Source: Mobula hypostoma
Lineage: Eukaryota
Assembly: GCF_963921235.1 (NCBI RefSeq)
Contig: NC_086108.1
Coordinates: 79,052,001-79,116,000 of the forward strand
Length of the DNA: 64,000 nt
Direction of reading: 5' to 3'
Positions within the stretch are counted from its first letter, which is position 1; every line of letters starts with the position of its first letter. Below the pieces are notes generated by a model. It made no database searches. It was given only the letters and a program-made list of their open reading frames with translations, and was not told the DNA's origin. Of the stretch, positions 1 to 11,363 are shown piece after piece. Both the position numbers and the translations under genes were made by a program.

Positions 1-837
1 CGTACTTCACCCCAGACTACACTAAAGTGTACCCCTGCCTAATAGGGGTCAAAAATAATGACAGTGTTGCTCGCTGCACTGTTTGCAACAGTGACTTTTC
101 TATTGCCCGTGGTGGGTTAGGACTGTAAAAAACATGTTGAGGTGAGTTTAACGGGTGTCATTCGTTCATTAGCATAGCTAACGTTATTTAAACTAGCTGG
201 CTAGCTGCTAAGGAGCTACCCTATTGATGTCCTACGTGATGAGGCCAAACTCCCTGTAGATGTGCTTAAAGTTGTAATAGAATTAATATAAATGACTCCA
301 TGATAATATACAAGTACATACTGTATTTTAATGTCACATTTTCTGCATATACCCAGTTTACAGATTACAGACTGGTTTGCAGATTAGACAAAATCACTAA
401 ACAAAGTACTACATAAGACAATATAATAAGGATACACCTTACGCTTTTATTTCTTTTAGGGACCACAACATATTAGGGAGACTAATCGCAGGGAAGGCTG
501 CTCAAGTATTTCACAGTTCTTTTCAGCAGAGCCACATCACAGTACAAGGAAAGTTTGCAAAAGAAATAGAAAAGGTATTTGCATTAGCATTGAGATTGCC
601 AACAAAATACTCAACAAGTAGAGTGTGTGTGTGTGTGTGTGTGTTTGTGTGTGTAAATAGTTTCAATATGTGTAAAATAAATTGTGTTCTTTCATAATCA
701 AATGCCCCATATACATGCACCCTTGGAGGTCGACCAGTGGGGGGGCGGGATATGGGGTTGCGGGGGGCGGGGGTGCTGCCTCCCTGAAATGGTGGTGCTA
801 TCTCCCTGAAATGAGTTTTTGCAGGGTGCGATGTCTG
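1..837 (+). mobile_element. Right part of a decayed hAT-like DNA transposon with a spliced zinc-finger transposase N-terminus
   Basis: Bases 3-141 read YFTPDYTKVYPCLIGVKNNDSVARCTVCNSDFSIARGGL/DCKKHVE (one frameshift). GTGAGT donor at 142, tttag acceptor at 459, then GPQHIRETNRREGCSSISQFFS: CxxC...HxxxxxH finger followed by an SISQFF-type motif. Probable terminus ...gatgtctg at 837. Confidence 0.6.
623..654. repeat. (GT)n microsatellite
   Basis: Direct reading. Confidence 0.95.
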
Positions 838-864
838 TGTATAGCAATAAAATTGCCTCTCGGC

Positions 865-1465
865 TCTTAAACTCAATCCCACAGTTGATATGCCTTCTTA
901 AGTGGATATGCACACTGTCAACCTGTGTAGCAGCTTTGAGTGTCCTATGAACATGGACTCCAAGATCTTTCTGATCCTCCATACTGCCAAGAGTCTTACA
1001 ATTAATATTATATTCTGTCTTCAAACTTGACCAACTGAAATGACCCACTTCACACTTATCTGGGTTGAACTCCATCTGCCACTTCTTAGACCAGTTCTGA
1101 ATCCAATCAATGTCCCGCTGTAACCTTTGACAACTTTCCAGACTATCCACAACACCCCCAACTTCTGTATCATCAGCAAACTTACTAACCCACCCTTCTA
1201 CTTCCTCACCCAGGTCATTTATAAAAATCACAAAGAGGAGGGGTCCCAGAACACATCCCTATGGAACACCATTGGTCACCGTCCTCCATGCAGAATACCA
1301 ATCATCCACAACCACCCTTTGCCTTTTGTGGTCAAGCCAATACTGGATCCACAAAGTAAGGTTACCTTGGATCCCATGCCTTGTTACTTCCTGAATGAGC
1401 CTCGCCTGGGGAACCTTATCAAGAGCCTTACTGAAATCCATATACACCACATTCACTGCTTTACC
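865..1465 (-). mobile_element. CR1 LINE ORF2 (RT) fragment
   Basis: ORF track: YMDFSKALDKVP, SKFADDTEVGG, WQMEFNPDKCEV. Confidence 0.92.
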
Positions 1466-1789
1466 TTCACTGCTCTACTTTTCCTAGAAATAGTACTGTT
1501 TTTATCCTAATGGTCTTCAGAGCCACCATTGATCCAATGAGAAGATGGATAGACAAATGTCTCCAGTATTTTGCTCAGAATCTGGTGCTAAAAATGCATT
1601 CAGCCTGAGCCTATAAGTAATTACACACTCATGCTCCCCATGAAAAGTCCCATTTGCACTTGTCTGTTTGGAAAGATTATTAAGACCCTGATATACAGCA
1701 AGGTTTAGAAGGAGCTAGCTATGGAAGTGGTTGATTTCCTGGTTTCCATCTTCCACACAAGCACAGATTTTAGAATGGTTACTGTAGAT

Positions 1790-2470
1790 TTGAATATAAC
1801 CGCATAAATTAAGGAAGATGATTGAAAACGGGAAACCATAGACCCATTGACCTGACATCAGTATGAGGAAATTGCTGAAATCACTTGCCAAGGAAATAAT
1901 AATAGAACACTTATAAAACAGGAATAGAATTATTGGGCGTCTACGTGGAAAAGTCCAAGTGAAATATGGTTTGATAAATTTGTTGGAGATTTTTGAGGCT
2001 GTAACTAGTAAAATAGATAAGAGATTATGGTGTATTTGGACATTCAGAAAGCCCTTGATAAGGTGGCGTGCAAAAATAATTAAATAACTGTGGATCACCC
2101 TGGATCTGGGGGAGTTAATATACTGTTTTGGATTGAAGATTAGTTGATGAACAGAAACAGAGAGAGAGAGAAATAAATTAGTCATTTTTGGATTGGGTGG
2201 CTGTAATCAGTGGGGTGCTGAAAGCAGCTGTATCAATAATTTGGATGAGATAGACTGGAACAATATGCCCAAGTTTGCAAGTGATAATAATTTGGGTGGC
2301 AGCATGGGTTGTGAGAAAGATGCAGAGAGGTTTCAGACAGCTACCAACAGGCCAACTACGTTGGTTAGTGGATACTGCAGATGGAAGATGATAAATCAGC
2401 CATGATGGAATGATGGAGAAGACTCAAATGGCCACAGGGCCATGGCCTCATTCTGCTCCCATATCTTGTG
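1790..2470 (+). mobile_element. Degraded CR1 fragment
   Basis: Remnants of NLLEIFEAVT and KFASDNNLGG, plus a CR1 3' end (gatggaatgatggagaagactc). Confidence 0.7.
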
Positions 2471-2477
2471 GACACTA

Positions 2478-2898
2478 TTACTAATCAAAAACTTACAAAC
2501 CTCCAGCTTTAATTATCCAATAGCTTGGCTTCTACAGCTGTCTGTGGCAAAGAATTCCACATATTCACCAGGTTTTGCTTAAGAAATTCCTTCTCATCTC
2601 TGTTCTAAAGGGACATTTATCTACTCTGAGGCTGTGTCCTCTGTTCTCAGACTCCCTACTTTAAGAAACATCCTCTCTAAATCCGCTCTATCTAGGCCTT
2701 CCAATATCCAATAGTTTTCAATGAGATTCCCCCTCACTCTTCTAAACTCAACTGCAAATAGGCCCAGAGCCTTCACATCCTTCTCAAGCATTCTCGTGAA
2801 CTTCCTCTGGGATCTTCTACAATGCCATCACATGCTTTTTCAGATAAGGGACCCAAAACTTTTCATAATACTACAAGTGCAGTCTGATCAATGCATTA
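2478..2898 (-). mobile_element. CR1 3' fragment
   Basis: Resembles the CR1 3' regions at 12405-12840 and 31135-31530. Confidence 0.75.
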
Positions 2899-3600
2899 TA
2901 ACGCCTCACCTTTATAACCTTGCATGCACAGACAACAGATCAATGTGCATGAACAGACAGCATATCAATACGCGATGTTAAGAGGGGGAGAGGTCATTTC
3001 GCTAAAATAAATAGATCTATACATTACACTTCCTCCCCCTTCATATTAATGCACCATAAAACTGTTTATGTACAAAACATACAATTTCCCTTTTATAAAC
3101 CCATATTCCAAATAAACATGCTTTCACAATAACAGTCCATAACAACTTCACAGTTCTAAAAGTTCAGATTTACGTGGTGCTCTGTTTCTTTCAGGATAGC
3201 GCCTCTGGACCTGTGGAGTGGCATCAAGTTTGGCAGGTGTCTTGTCAAACATAATGTTCTTGTTCTGTCTTTGGACTTGTGGAGTGGCAACAAGTTGGTA
3301 GGTATCTTGTCTAAGACAATGTTCTCTGTTTCCGATGTCACGTTGCTGTCAATGACATCATCACTGAGAAGCAGGTCTGGTGACTGTAAGATATCTGTCT
3401 TGTTGGACGTAGTTGACTCAGGTGTGTTCTTTGGTTAAGCATCGAGTATCTGTTCACATGACATCTCCATGTCTGATCTCCAACATCTAATGTGTACATC
3501 AGTGGTTCAGTTCTTGTAGCTATCCTACCGGGTGTCCACTTGTCTTCTCAGTAATCATGCCTGAGATTTCCTGTCCAATCCCAAAGCTCCTTGCTCTTAG
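2899..3600 (-). mobile_element. Gypsy LTR retrotransposon 3' remnant (integrase tail, PPT, partial LTR)
   Basis: Minus strand aagggggaggaag-TGtaatg (PPT then LTR start near 3028), preceded by a Pro/Ser-rich tail ending ...RYPERNR..LNF-like. Confidence 0.55.
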
Positions 3601-3990
3601 GTGTTGCTCCTCCAATCTGAGATTGGCCTCATCATGTCAATAGAGGCGGCCATGGACTGACATGTCGCAATGCGAATGGACACTGTTATTACAATGGTTG
3701 GCCCTTGTCAGTCCTGCTTGTTGCAGAGAGCAGAGGTGCTCGACAAAATGGTCCCCCAAATCTATGCCGGGTTTCACCGATGTCAGGGAGGCTGCATCAG
3801 GAGCACCGGATATAGTACATGACCCCAACAAACTTGCAGGTGAAGTGTTGCCTCACCTTGAAGAACTGCTTGGGGCCTTGAACGTTGGTGAGGGAGGAGG
3901 TGTAGCACTTCTTCCTCATGCAGGGATAAATGCCTGGTGGGAGATCAGTGGGAAGGAATAAAAGGACAAGGGAATCTCAGAGAGTGTGAT
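3601..3990 (-). mobile_element. Penelope-like element GIY-YIG fragment
   Basis: LGDHFVEHL motif; homologous to 21720-22100. Confidence 0.8.
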
Positions 3991-4547
3991 CTCTATTATT
4001 TCCTCAAAGTATTCCATCAGATCTGTCAGGCTCCTGTCTTTGGTTTCCCTCCCTTCTCAAAGAGTGGAGTGACATTTGCAATTTTCCACTCATCCAGAAC
4101 AATTCCATAATCAAGTGATTCTTGAAAGAAAATCACAAAATCTTGGTCATTATGTAATTCAGTACAGAAATGAAGAAATGTTTTGAATATCAAAAGGTAT
4201 CAAGGAGTATAGGATTATTTCAGGAAACTGTGGCTGAGTGAATGATCAGCCCTGACATTACTGAACGGTGGAGCAGGCACGAGGGCCTGTATAATCTGTT
4301 TCCTCTTCTATATCATATGGTCTTTTTCAAATATATCAAACGTTTTTTTATCAAACATATCATCTGCACATCAGGGGTCCCAATACACTCGACCACTGTT
4401 ACACTATTAGGAATGCCTACTGTTCCATAGCTAGACTGCATTTCAGGAAGTCTGATCATCTGGCAGTCCTCCTCCTACCTGCATATAGGCAGAGACTAAG
4501 AGCAAGACTCAAGAGGTAAGGATAAAAAAAAGAGAGGCAGGAGGCAG

Positions 4548-5730
4548 AGGAAAATTGATGAAGGCAAGGCAGTGGATGCTGTCTGCATGGACTTCAGCAA
4601 GGCCTTTGACAAGGTTCCACATTGGAAGTCGATTGAGAAGGTTCAGTTACTCAGCATTCAAGATGAGGTAGTAAATTGCATTAGACACTGGCTTTGTGGG
4701 AGAAGACAGAAAGTGGTAGTAGATGGTTGCCTCTCTGACTGGAGGCCTTTAACTGGTGGTATGCCACAGGGATCGGTGCTGGGTCAGTGCTGTTTGCCAT
4801 CTATGTCAATGATCTGGTTGATAACGTAGTAAACTGATGTGGACAATGAGGAAGGCTATCAAAGCTTGCAGTGAAATCTAGACCTGCTGGAAAAAAGAGC
4901 TGAAAAATGGTAGTTAGAAGTTAATGCAGCCAACTGTGAGGTGTTGCACTTTGTGAGGACAAACCAGAGTAGGATTTACATGGTGACTGGTAGAACACTT
5001 GGGAGTGTGATAGAATTGAGGGACCTGGGAATACAGATCCATAATTCCTTGAAAGTGGTGCCACAGGTAGATAGGGTCCTAAAGAAAGCTTTTGGCACTT
5101 CGGGCTTCATAAATTGAAACATTGTGTACAGGAGATGGGATGTTCTTTTGAAATTGTAAAAGACATTGATGTGGCCTGTTTTAGAGCATTGTGTGTGGAT
5201 TTGGTTGCCTACCTACAGGAAAGATGTAAATAAGAATGAAAAAGTGCAGAGAAAATTTAGAAGGATTTTGCCAGAACTTGAGGACATGAATTTTATGGAA
5301 AGGTTGAATAGATTAGGAATTTATTCCACTGGAGTGTAGAAGATTCCCCTGGAGGGGAGATTTGATAGATATACACAAATTTATGATGACTGTAGATAAG
5401 GTAAATGCAGGCAAGGTTTTTCCACTGAGGTTGGGTGAGACTAGAACTAGGGGTCATGGGTTAAGGGTGAAAAGTGAAAAGTTTAAGGGGAACATGAGGG
5501 GGAATGTCTTCACTCAAAGGGTGGTGAGCATGTGGAATGAGCTGTCTGTAGAAGTGGTGAATGTGAGTTCAATTTCAACAGTTAAGAGATATTTGGATAG
5601 GTACATGGATGGGAGGGGTATGGACAGCTGATCCAGGTGCAGGTCAATGGAACAAGGCAGAATAATAGTTTGGCATGCACTAGATGGGCCAAAGAGCCTA
5701 CTTCTGAGCTGTAATGTTCTGTGACTCTAT
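4548..5730 (+). mobile_element. 5'-truncated CR1 LINE (RT to 3' tail)
   Basis: MDFSKAFDKVPH, GMPQGSVLG, TRTRGHGLRVK, FTQRVVSMWNEL; ends in tgtgactctatg. Confidence 0.92.
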
Positions 5731-6101
5731 GAGTGGCTATGAGATTGCTATGATTTGGTGGACTGGGCCATGTTCAAGAACTCACGGGATCTGAATGAAT
5801 ATTCCATGGTTGTCATGGACTTTATAAAGTCAGTTATGTCCCCACAAAGTCATTCAGTCTACCCAACCAGAAGCCTTGGATAAACCAAGAGATTCATAAT
5901 CTGCTGAGGGCCAGATGGATGGCATTCAGGTGAGCCAGCGAAGTAAAATATAAGAGGTGCAGGTATGACCTCCAGAAAGCCATCTCACATGTGAACTGGC
6001 AATTCCAGACCAAATGAACCACAGAAGGATGTTCAACAGCTGTGGAAGGGCTTGAATGTCGTCACCTCCTACAAAGTAAAACCAAGTGACATATGTGACG
6101 T

Positions 6102-6484
6102 AACACACATAAAAATTGCTGGTGAACGCAGCAGGCCAGGCAGCATCTATAGGAAGAGGTACAGTCGACGTTTCAGGCTGAGACCCTTCGTCAGGACTAA
6201 CTGAAGGAAGAGCTAGTAAGAGATTTGAAAGTGGAAGGAGGAGGGGGCGATCCGAAATGATAGGAGAAGACAGGAGGGGGAGGGATGGAGCCAAGAGCTG
6301 GACAGTTGATTGGCAAAAGGGATATGAGTGGATCATGGGACAGGAGGCTCAGGGAGAAGGAAAGGGGGAGGGGGGAAGACCAGACGATGGGCAAGGAGTG
6401 TAGTGAGAGGGACAGAGGGAGAAAAAGAAGAGAGAGATTTATTTATTTTTTTTATTATTAATTTTCTTTCTCTCTCTCCTTTTT
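6102..6484 (-). mobile_element. Penelope 3' terminal (pLTR) fragment inserted in the Rex1 element, with a short inverted 5' junction
   Basis: Nearly identical to 21249-21590; gaaaaagaagagagaga...tctctctccttttt inversion at 6420-6484. Confidence 0.88.
6163..6198 (-). ncRNA. Minimal type I hammerhead ribozyme in a Penelope terminus
   Basis: AGUC-CUGACGA-AGG(GUCUCAG)CCU-GAAAC-GUC/GACU: intact core, stems I and II, palindromic ACGU stem III. Confidence 0.8.
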
Positions 6485-8344
6485 GCTGATCAACTGACTT
6501 AACCTCTTGCTTCAGCAGTTTATGGTACCCATCTGCTTCAAGCAGCCTTCAATTGTACTGGTGCCCAAGAAAAACATGGTAACCTGCCTCAATACCCATC
6601 ATCCAGTAGCACTTACATCCACGGTTATGAACTGTTTGAGAGGATGGTGATGAAACGTGTCAACTCCTGCCCGAGGAACAACTTGGATCCATTCCAGTTT
6701 GCCTATCGGCACTACAGGTCAACAGCAGATCCCATTTCATTGGCTCTTCGTGCAACGCTGGAACATCTGGGCAGTGAAGATGCGTACATCAGGATGCTCT
6801 TCATTGACTACAGCTCTTCATTCAACACTAATCATACCCTCAATACTAATCAAGAAGACCTTGACCTCAATACCTCCATGTGTAACTGGATCCTCAATTT
6901 CCCCACTTGAAGGCCGCAGTCATTTCTGATTTGCAAGAACATCTCCTCCACAATCACGATCAACACAAGTGCACCATAAGGCTGGGTGCTTAGCCCCCCC
7001 TGTTCTCCTTGCTTTATATTTATGATTGTTAGCACAGCTCCAATACCATTTTTAAGTTTGCTGATGACACCACTGTCCTTGGCTGAAATAAAGGTGGTGA
7101 CAAATCAGCATATTGGAGGGAGACTGATAGTCAGGCTGAATGGTGACAGAAAAATCCAACCTCACACTTTAATGACAGCAAAATCAAAGAGCTGATTATT
7201 GACAAAAGAAGGAGGAAACAGGTCTTTGAGCCAATCCTCACCAGGGGATCAGAGCTGCAGAGGGCGAGTAACTTTAAATTCCTTGGTATTACTTGTTTAG
7301 AGGATCTGCCCTGGGTCCAGATGTAACCATTACAAAGTCACTGCAGGTTCTCTACTTTCTTAGAACTTTGCAAAGATTCAGCATGCCACTTTAAACTTTG
7401 ATAAACTTCTATTGATGTGCGGTGGAGAGTATACTGACTGGTTGCATCACAGCCTAGTATGGAAATACCAATACTGTACCCTTGAACAGAAACAAAACTA
7501 CAAAAAGTAGATGATACAATCAGTTCATCACGGGAAAAGCCCTCCCCACCACATAACATGTCTAAAGGGAGCCCTGTTGCAGGAAAGCAGCGTCCATCAT
7601 CAAGGATCGCCACCTCCAGGCCTTTCTCTCTTATTGCTGCTGCCTTCATGAAGAAGGTACAGGAGTCTCAGGTCCCACACCACCCGTTTCAGGAGCAGTT
7701 CTTTCCCCTCAACAACCAGAGAGGATGACTTCACTCACCCCATCACTGAACCATTCCCACAACCTATGAACTTATTTTCAAGGACTCTACAACTCATTTT
7801 CTCGATATTTATTTCTTAGTTATTTATTATTATTGTGTATTTTTTCCCTCTTTTACATTTGCATAGTTTGTTGTCTTTTGCACATGGGTTGTTGTGTGCG
7901 TTTCTTCATTGACTCTATTGTGTTTCTTTGTAGTTACTGTGAACGCCCGTATTCTCCAGGTAGTTTATGGTGACGTATATGTACTTTGATAATAAACTTA
8001 TTTTGAAATGTCCAAGATTGAGAACTTTAATGAAAATAAATTAGAGCAAGGCTTGTCAGCTGAATGCGGTTAATCAAGGTCATCTAAAAACTACAATGAA
8101 TAAAGTGCTTCGGGAAGTGAGACGAGTTCTGACCATCTCCTAAGCTTGTCTGAAATAAATAAACACACACAAACAGATCAAGCAAGCAGACCTTTCCTTA
8201 TTGAGCATCGTTGGGTTGATGAAGGGGTCAGCAAATAAACAAAGTTATTTTAGCAAACTGACAGACAAATTTTTCATTTGAAGCTGGAAGCCGGTTAAAC
8301 CACGCATTCTTCTTGTTATTTCCTTGAATACAAGTTAAATTTAG

Positions 8345-8725
8345 AATCAGAATCAGTGGCACATGACATGAAATTTGTTAATTTAGCACCAGCAATTCAG
8401 TGGAATACATAATCTAGCAGAGGGAGAAAAATAATAATAAATAAAACATAATAACTAAACCAGTAAATCAATTATGTATATTGAACAGAGTTTTTAAAAT
8501 GTGCAAAAAACAGAAATACTGTATATTAAAAAAAAGTGAGGTAGTGTCCAAAGCTTCAATTTCCATTTAGGGATCAGGTAGCAGAGGGGAAGAAGCTGTT
8601 CCTGAATCGCTGAGTGTGTGCCTTCAGGCTTCTGTATCTCCTACCTGATGGTAACAGTGAGAAAGGGGCACGCCTTGGGTGCTGGACGTCCTTAATAATC
8701 AATGCTGCCTTTCTGAGACATGGCT
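8345..8725 (-). mobile_element. Rex1-type 3' end or derived retroposon
   Basis: (gaatca)n tail and aagaagctgttcctgaa motif shared with 26365-26795 and 58890-59185. Confidence 0.65.
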
Positions 8726-9294
8726 CAGAATGTGATACTTGTTTATGATTTGAAACTCCAAAACTTAAAAACTAATTGGAAGGAAAGCGAAAGTTGAGAG
8801 TAAAGTCGTGTACTTCAGGTTTCCTTCAAGCGAGGCGCGCATGTATCACATAGTGGTGTCATGCTGTAAGCAATTCATTTACCTTTATATTTAACCCATA
8901 ATGAATTATTTAAATGAACAAAAATATATATACACACACACACAAAATATTACTGAAATACTCCTGAAATGCAACCCCCTGCTTAGCTATAAACTCTAAC
9001 TCAAAAGAGAATGCAACTCAACTTATATACACAGAATACTATATAATACAACTACTATATAGACATCCACGGCATAGTAAATTTTAAATTATGCCATTCA
9101 GGCCTAAAGGTTTAATCCGCTGTGGAGGATTTCTTACTCTTGTGGGATAACATCTTTGCTAACAAAGAAGGTCACTGTGCTTAGCAGGTGTGACTTGTGG
9201 CTGTGAAATCAATCTCAGGTTCCGCAGTTGTAAGAGTTGGCTTTGAGACTTCAGGAAGTGGTTCTGATGGCTTAGGACACCTTTCCTCTCCTTC

Positions 9295-9880
9295 CTTTCT
9301 CTTCTTCTAATTTGTGCATCTTGATTTTGGGAAGGTGCATTAGTTCACAGGAGTATTCCCTTATTAATCCTTCTATTGCTCCATTTACGATCTGATCTGG
9401 CCCTTTGATTTCCTCATTCACAGCATCATCTGATGAATCTTCTGTTTTCTGTCTCCTTTCTTTTTGTTCTACCATTCATCCAGCTGGGCTTTGGTCTCTG
9501 CATCTATTTTACAAGCAGCTTTGTGTCTCCCACTTGAAGTTCATGCAATAACCTTAATGGACACGCAGTATTTTCTGGTTCTTTATACTCACAAAAACCG
9601 AATGCTTACAACTTTCTTTAAGCTCCTTGAAATCTCTTCCAGCTTAAAACCAAGCTACAGTTTGCAATTAACTGCCTGATTAACATATTAGCTTTCTCGA
9701 ATATGTTGCCCAGAAAACCTGTCGTAGTTGGACCACTGCTTTCGTCCCTTTCTCAATTCCTCTGAGCAGTATGGTCCTTCATTGGTCCAATATGCTTTCT
9801 AACCAGAGGCACAGAGGTTGGCACCAACAACTGCTTGTCTTATGTTGGGCAATGGTTCATGGTGTACGGCATGGAGGCAG
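9295..9880 (-). pseudogene. RBM25: Intronless decayed copy of the RBM25 5' coding region (RRM) inside the LTR element
   Basis: Reading across stops and frameshifts: LVPTSVPLVRKHIGPMKDH...ESSGPTTTGFLGNIFEKA-NMLIRQLIANCSLVLSWKRFQGA*RKL*AFGFCEYKEPE...LRLLHELQVGDTKLLVKIDAETKAQLDEW...EEIKGPDQIVNGAIEGLIREYSCEL. This is collinear with recalled RBM25 (GPTTTVFVGNISEKASDMLIRQLLAKCGLVLSWKRVQGASGKLQAFGFCEYKEPE...KTKAQLDEWK...GAIEVLIREYSSEL). Confidence 0.9.
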
Positions 9881-10774
9881 TTGTGGCATCATCCTGCACC
9901 TTTTTAAATTTGCTGTCAGTTGACTCCATTGCAGGGGATGTAGCATGTACGTGGTGAATGGATCTCCAACCAAGTTGTAAGTTTTCAACTAACCACAGCT
10001 CCCACAATGCTGGCTCTCTTTTTTATACCACATACAAGCCCAGTGTGGCTTGTTGCTTGTTGTATTTCACTGTTACAAATGTCATTCTCATAGGAGTTAG
10101 CTTTTCTCCAGTACAAATTCTTCAGTGGATTTCTGCAGGCTTCAATTTAGTGTATTTGAAATGTCGTTCAAGCACATTTTGTGGAATAACTGAAATAGCC
10201 GAGCCAGTGACTAATTCCATTTTAATTAATTTATCGCTCACTTCTAGTATAAGCCACTTTGCTTGTCTATTGTTAGTTTCCACATTGTAAATCTCAAGGC
10301 AACACAGTCCTGTGCCACTTTCATCATTATCAGATTGTTCAACAACAGTATGCAGATTAATGCTCTTTTTAAAACTGCAACTTTTAAAATTTTTTCTCTT
10401 CATTGTGCTGTCCATTTACTTCTGTTTTCTCTTTGTACGTGTTCTGCTTTGTTGCACCTTCAGCAAGTTTCACCTTTTAAAGTGCATTTGTTTGGTGTTT
10501 GTGAGCCCCTGCAACAAAAGTAACACAATTTATTCAGCCAGGCTGGTTTCAGTTTAGACATTGCAATTTTGTATAAGCTCACTTTCATTCTTGACTGCAA
10601 GTCAATGGCATCTCTCCCGTTTCCACTGATACAGGTGTTTCAACTGTTCTTTTAAATGTAATTTGGGCTTCAGTTAGGAGAACAAAATGATCTCCCGTGC
10701 ATCATTAAGCATTATTGAGCTGACAATGCTCAGATATTCTCTTCAATTCAACCACATGTGCTGAAGTGGACTCC

Positions 10775-10974
10775 ATAAGAATATACAACAGAGGAGCAGA
10801 ATTAGGCCATTTGGCCCATCGAGTCTGCTCCGCCATTCAATCATGGCCTGACACTCTTATTCTCACCAGTAGCTTACTCCCAACAATAGCCATCCTGACA
10901 ATGTCCGCCCCGCTTGTCCCTTCTGTATTTTTATTTGTGCTCTGCTCCCGCTGCTGATTGGGTCTCTGGAATTG
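10775..10974 (-). mobile_element. About 200-bp retroposon: CR1 3' end fused to an unrelated non-coding 5' segment
   Basis: Flanked by ggactcc repeats (10768-10774, 10975-10981). 10775-10848 matches the CR1 3' end at 31595-31655. Confidence 0.7.
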
Positions 10975-11145
10975 GGACTCCCCTTCCTTTTGATTCCATT
11001 TATGAAACCTAAAGGATTCTGCGATCAACAATGGTTTCGGTTCTAAACATTCCTGCATTAATTTTTTGATATCAGCAAAGCTCATTCCAGTTGGTTTGGT
11101 TGGAATAGTCAAACTTCGAAGCAAACTATATGCCTTTAAATCCAA

Positions 11146-11363
11146 ACAACAGGAATTCTGCAGATGCTGGAAATTCAAGCAACACACATCAAAGTTGCTG
11201 GTGAACGCAGCAGGCCAAGCAGCATCTGTAGGAAGCGGTGCAGTCGACGTTTCAGGCCGAGACCCTTCATCAGGACGAAGGGTCTCGGCCTGAAACGTCG
11301 CCTGCACCTCTTCCTACAGATGCTGCTTGGCCTGCTGCGTTCACCAGCAACTTTGATGTGTGT
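11146..11363 (-). mobile_element. Penelope-terminus fold-back mini-element with 15-bp TSD
   Basis: TSD tgcctttaaatccaa (11131-11145, 11364-11378). 90-bp inverted arms at 11179-11268 and 11277-11366. Confidence 0.92.
11242..11276 (-). ncRNA. Minimal hammerhead ribozyme core
   Basis: GUC-CUGAUGA-AGG(GUCUCGG)CCU-GAAAC-GUC/GACU. Confidence 0.7.

Larger units (their letters stand above)
5740..8005 (+). mobile_element. Degraded Rex1/Babar-type LINE ORF2 and 3' UTR
   Basis: NQKPWINQEI, LDPFQFAYR, YIRMLFIDYSSSFNT, KFADDTTV; 3' end actttgataataaac. Confidence 0.8.

Noticed and set aside
8040..8340. Non-repeat block with forkhead-like motifs (aaataaaca) as a possible enhancer
   Set aside because: Such motifs are common in AT-rich DNA; conservation data would be needed.
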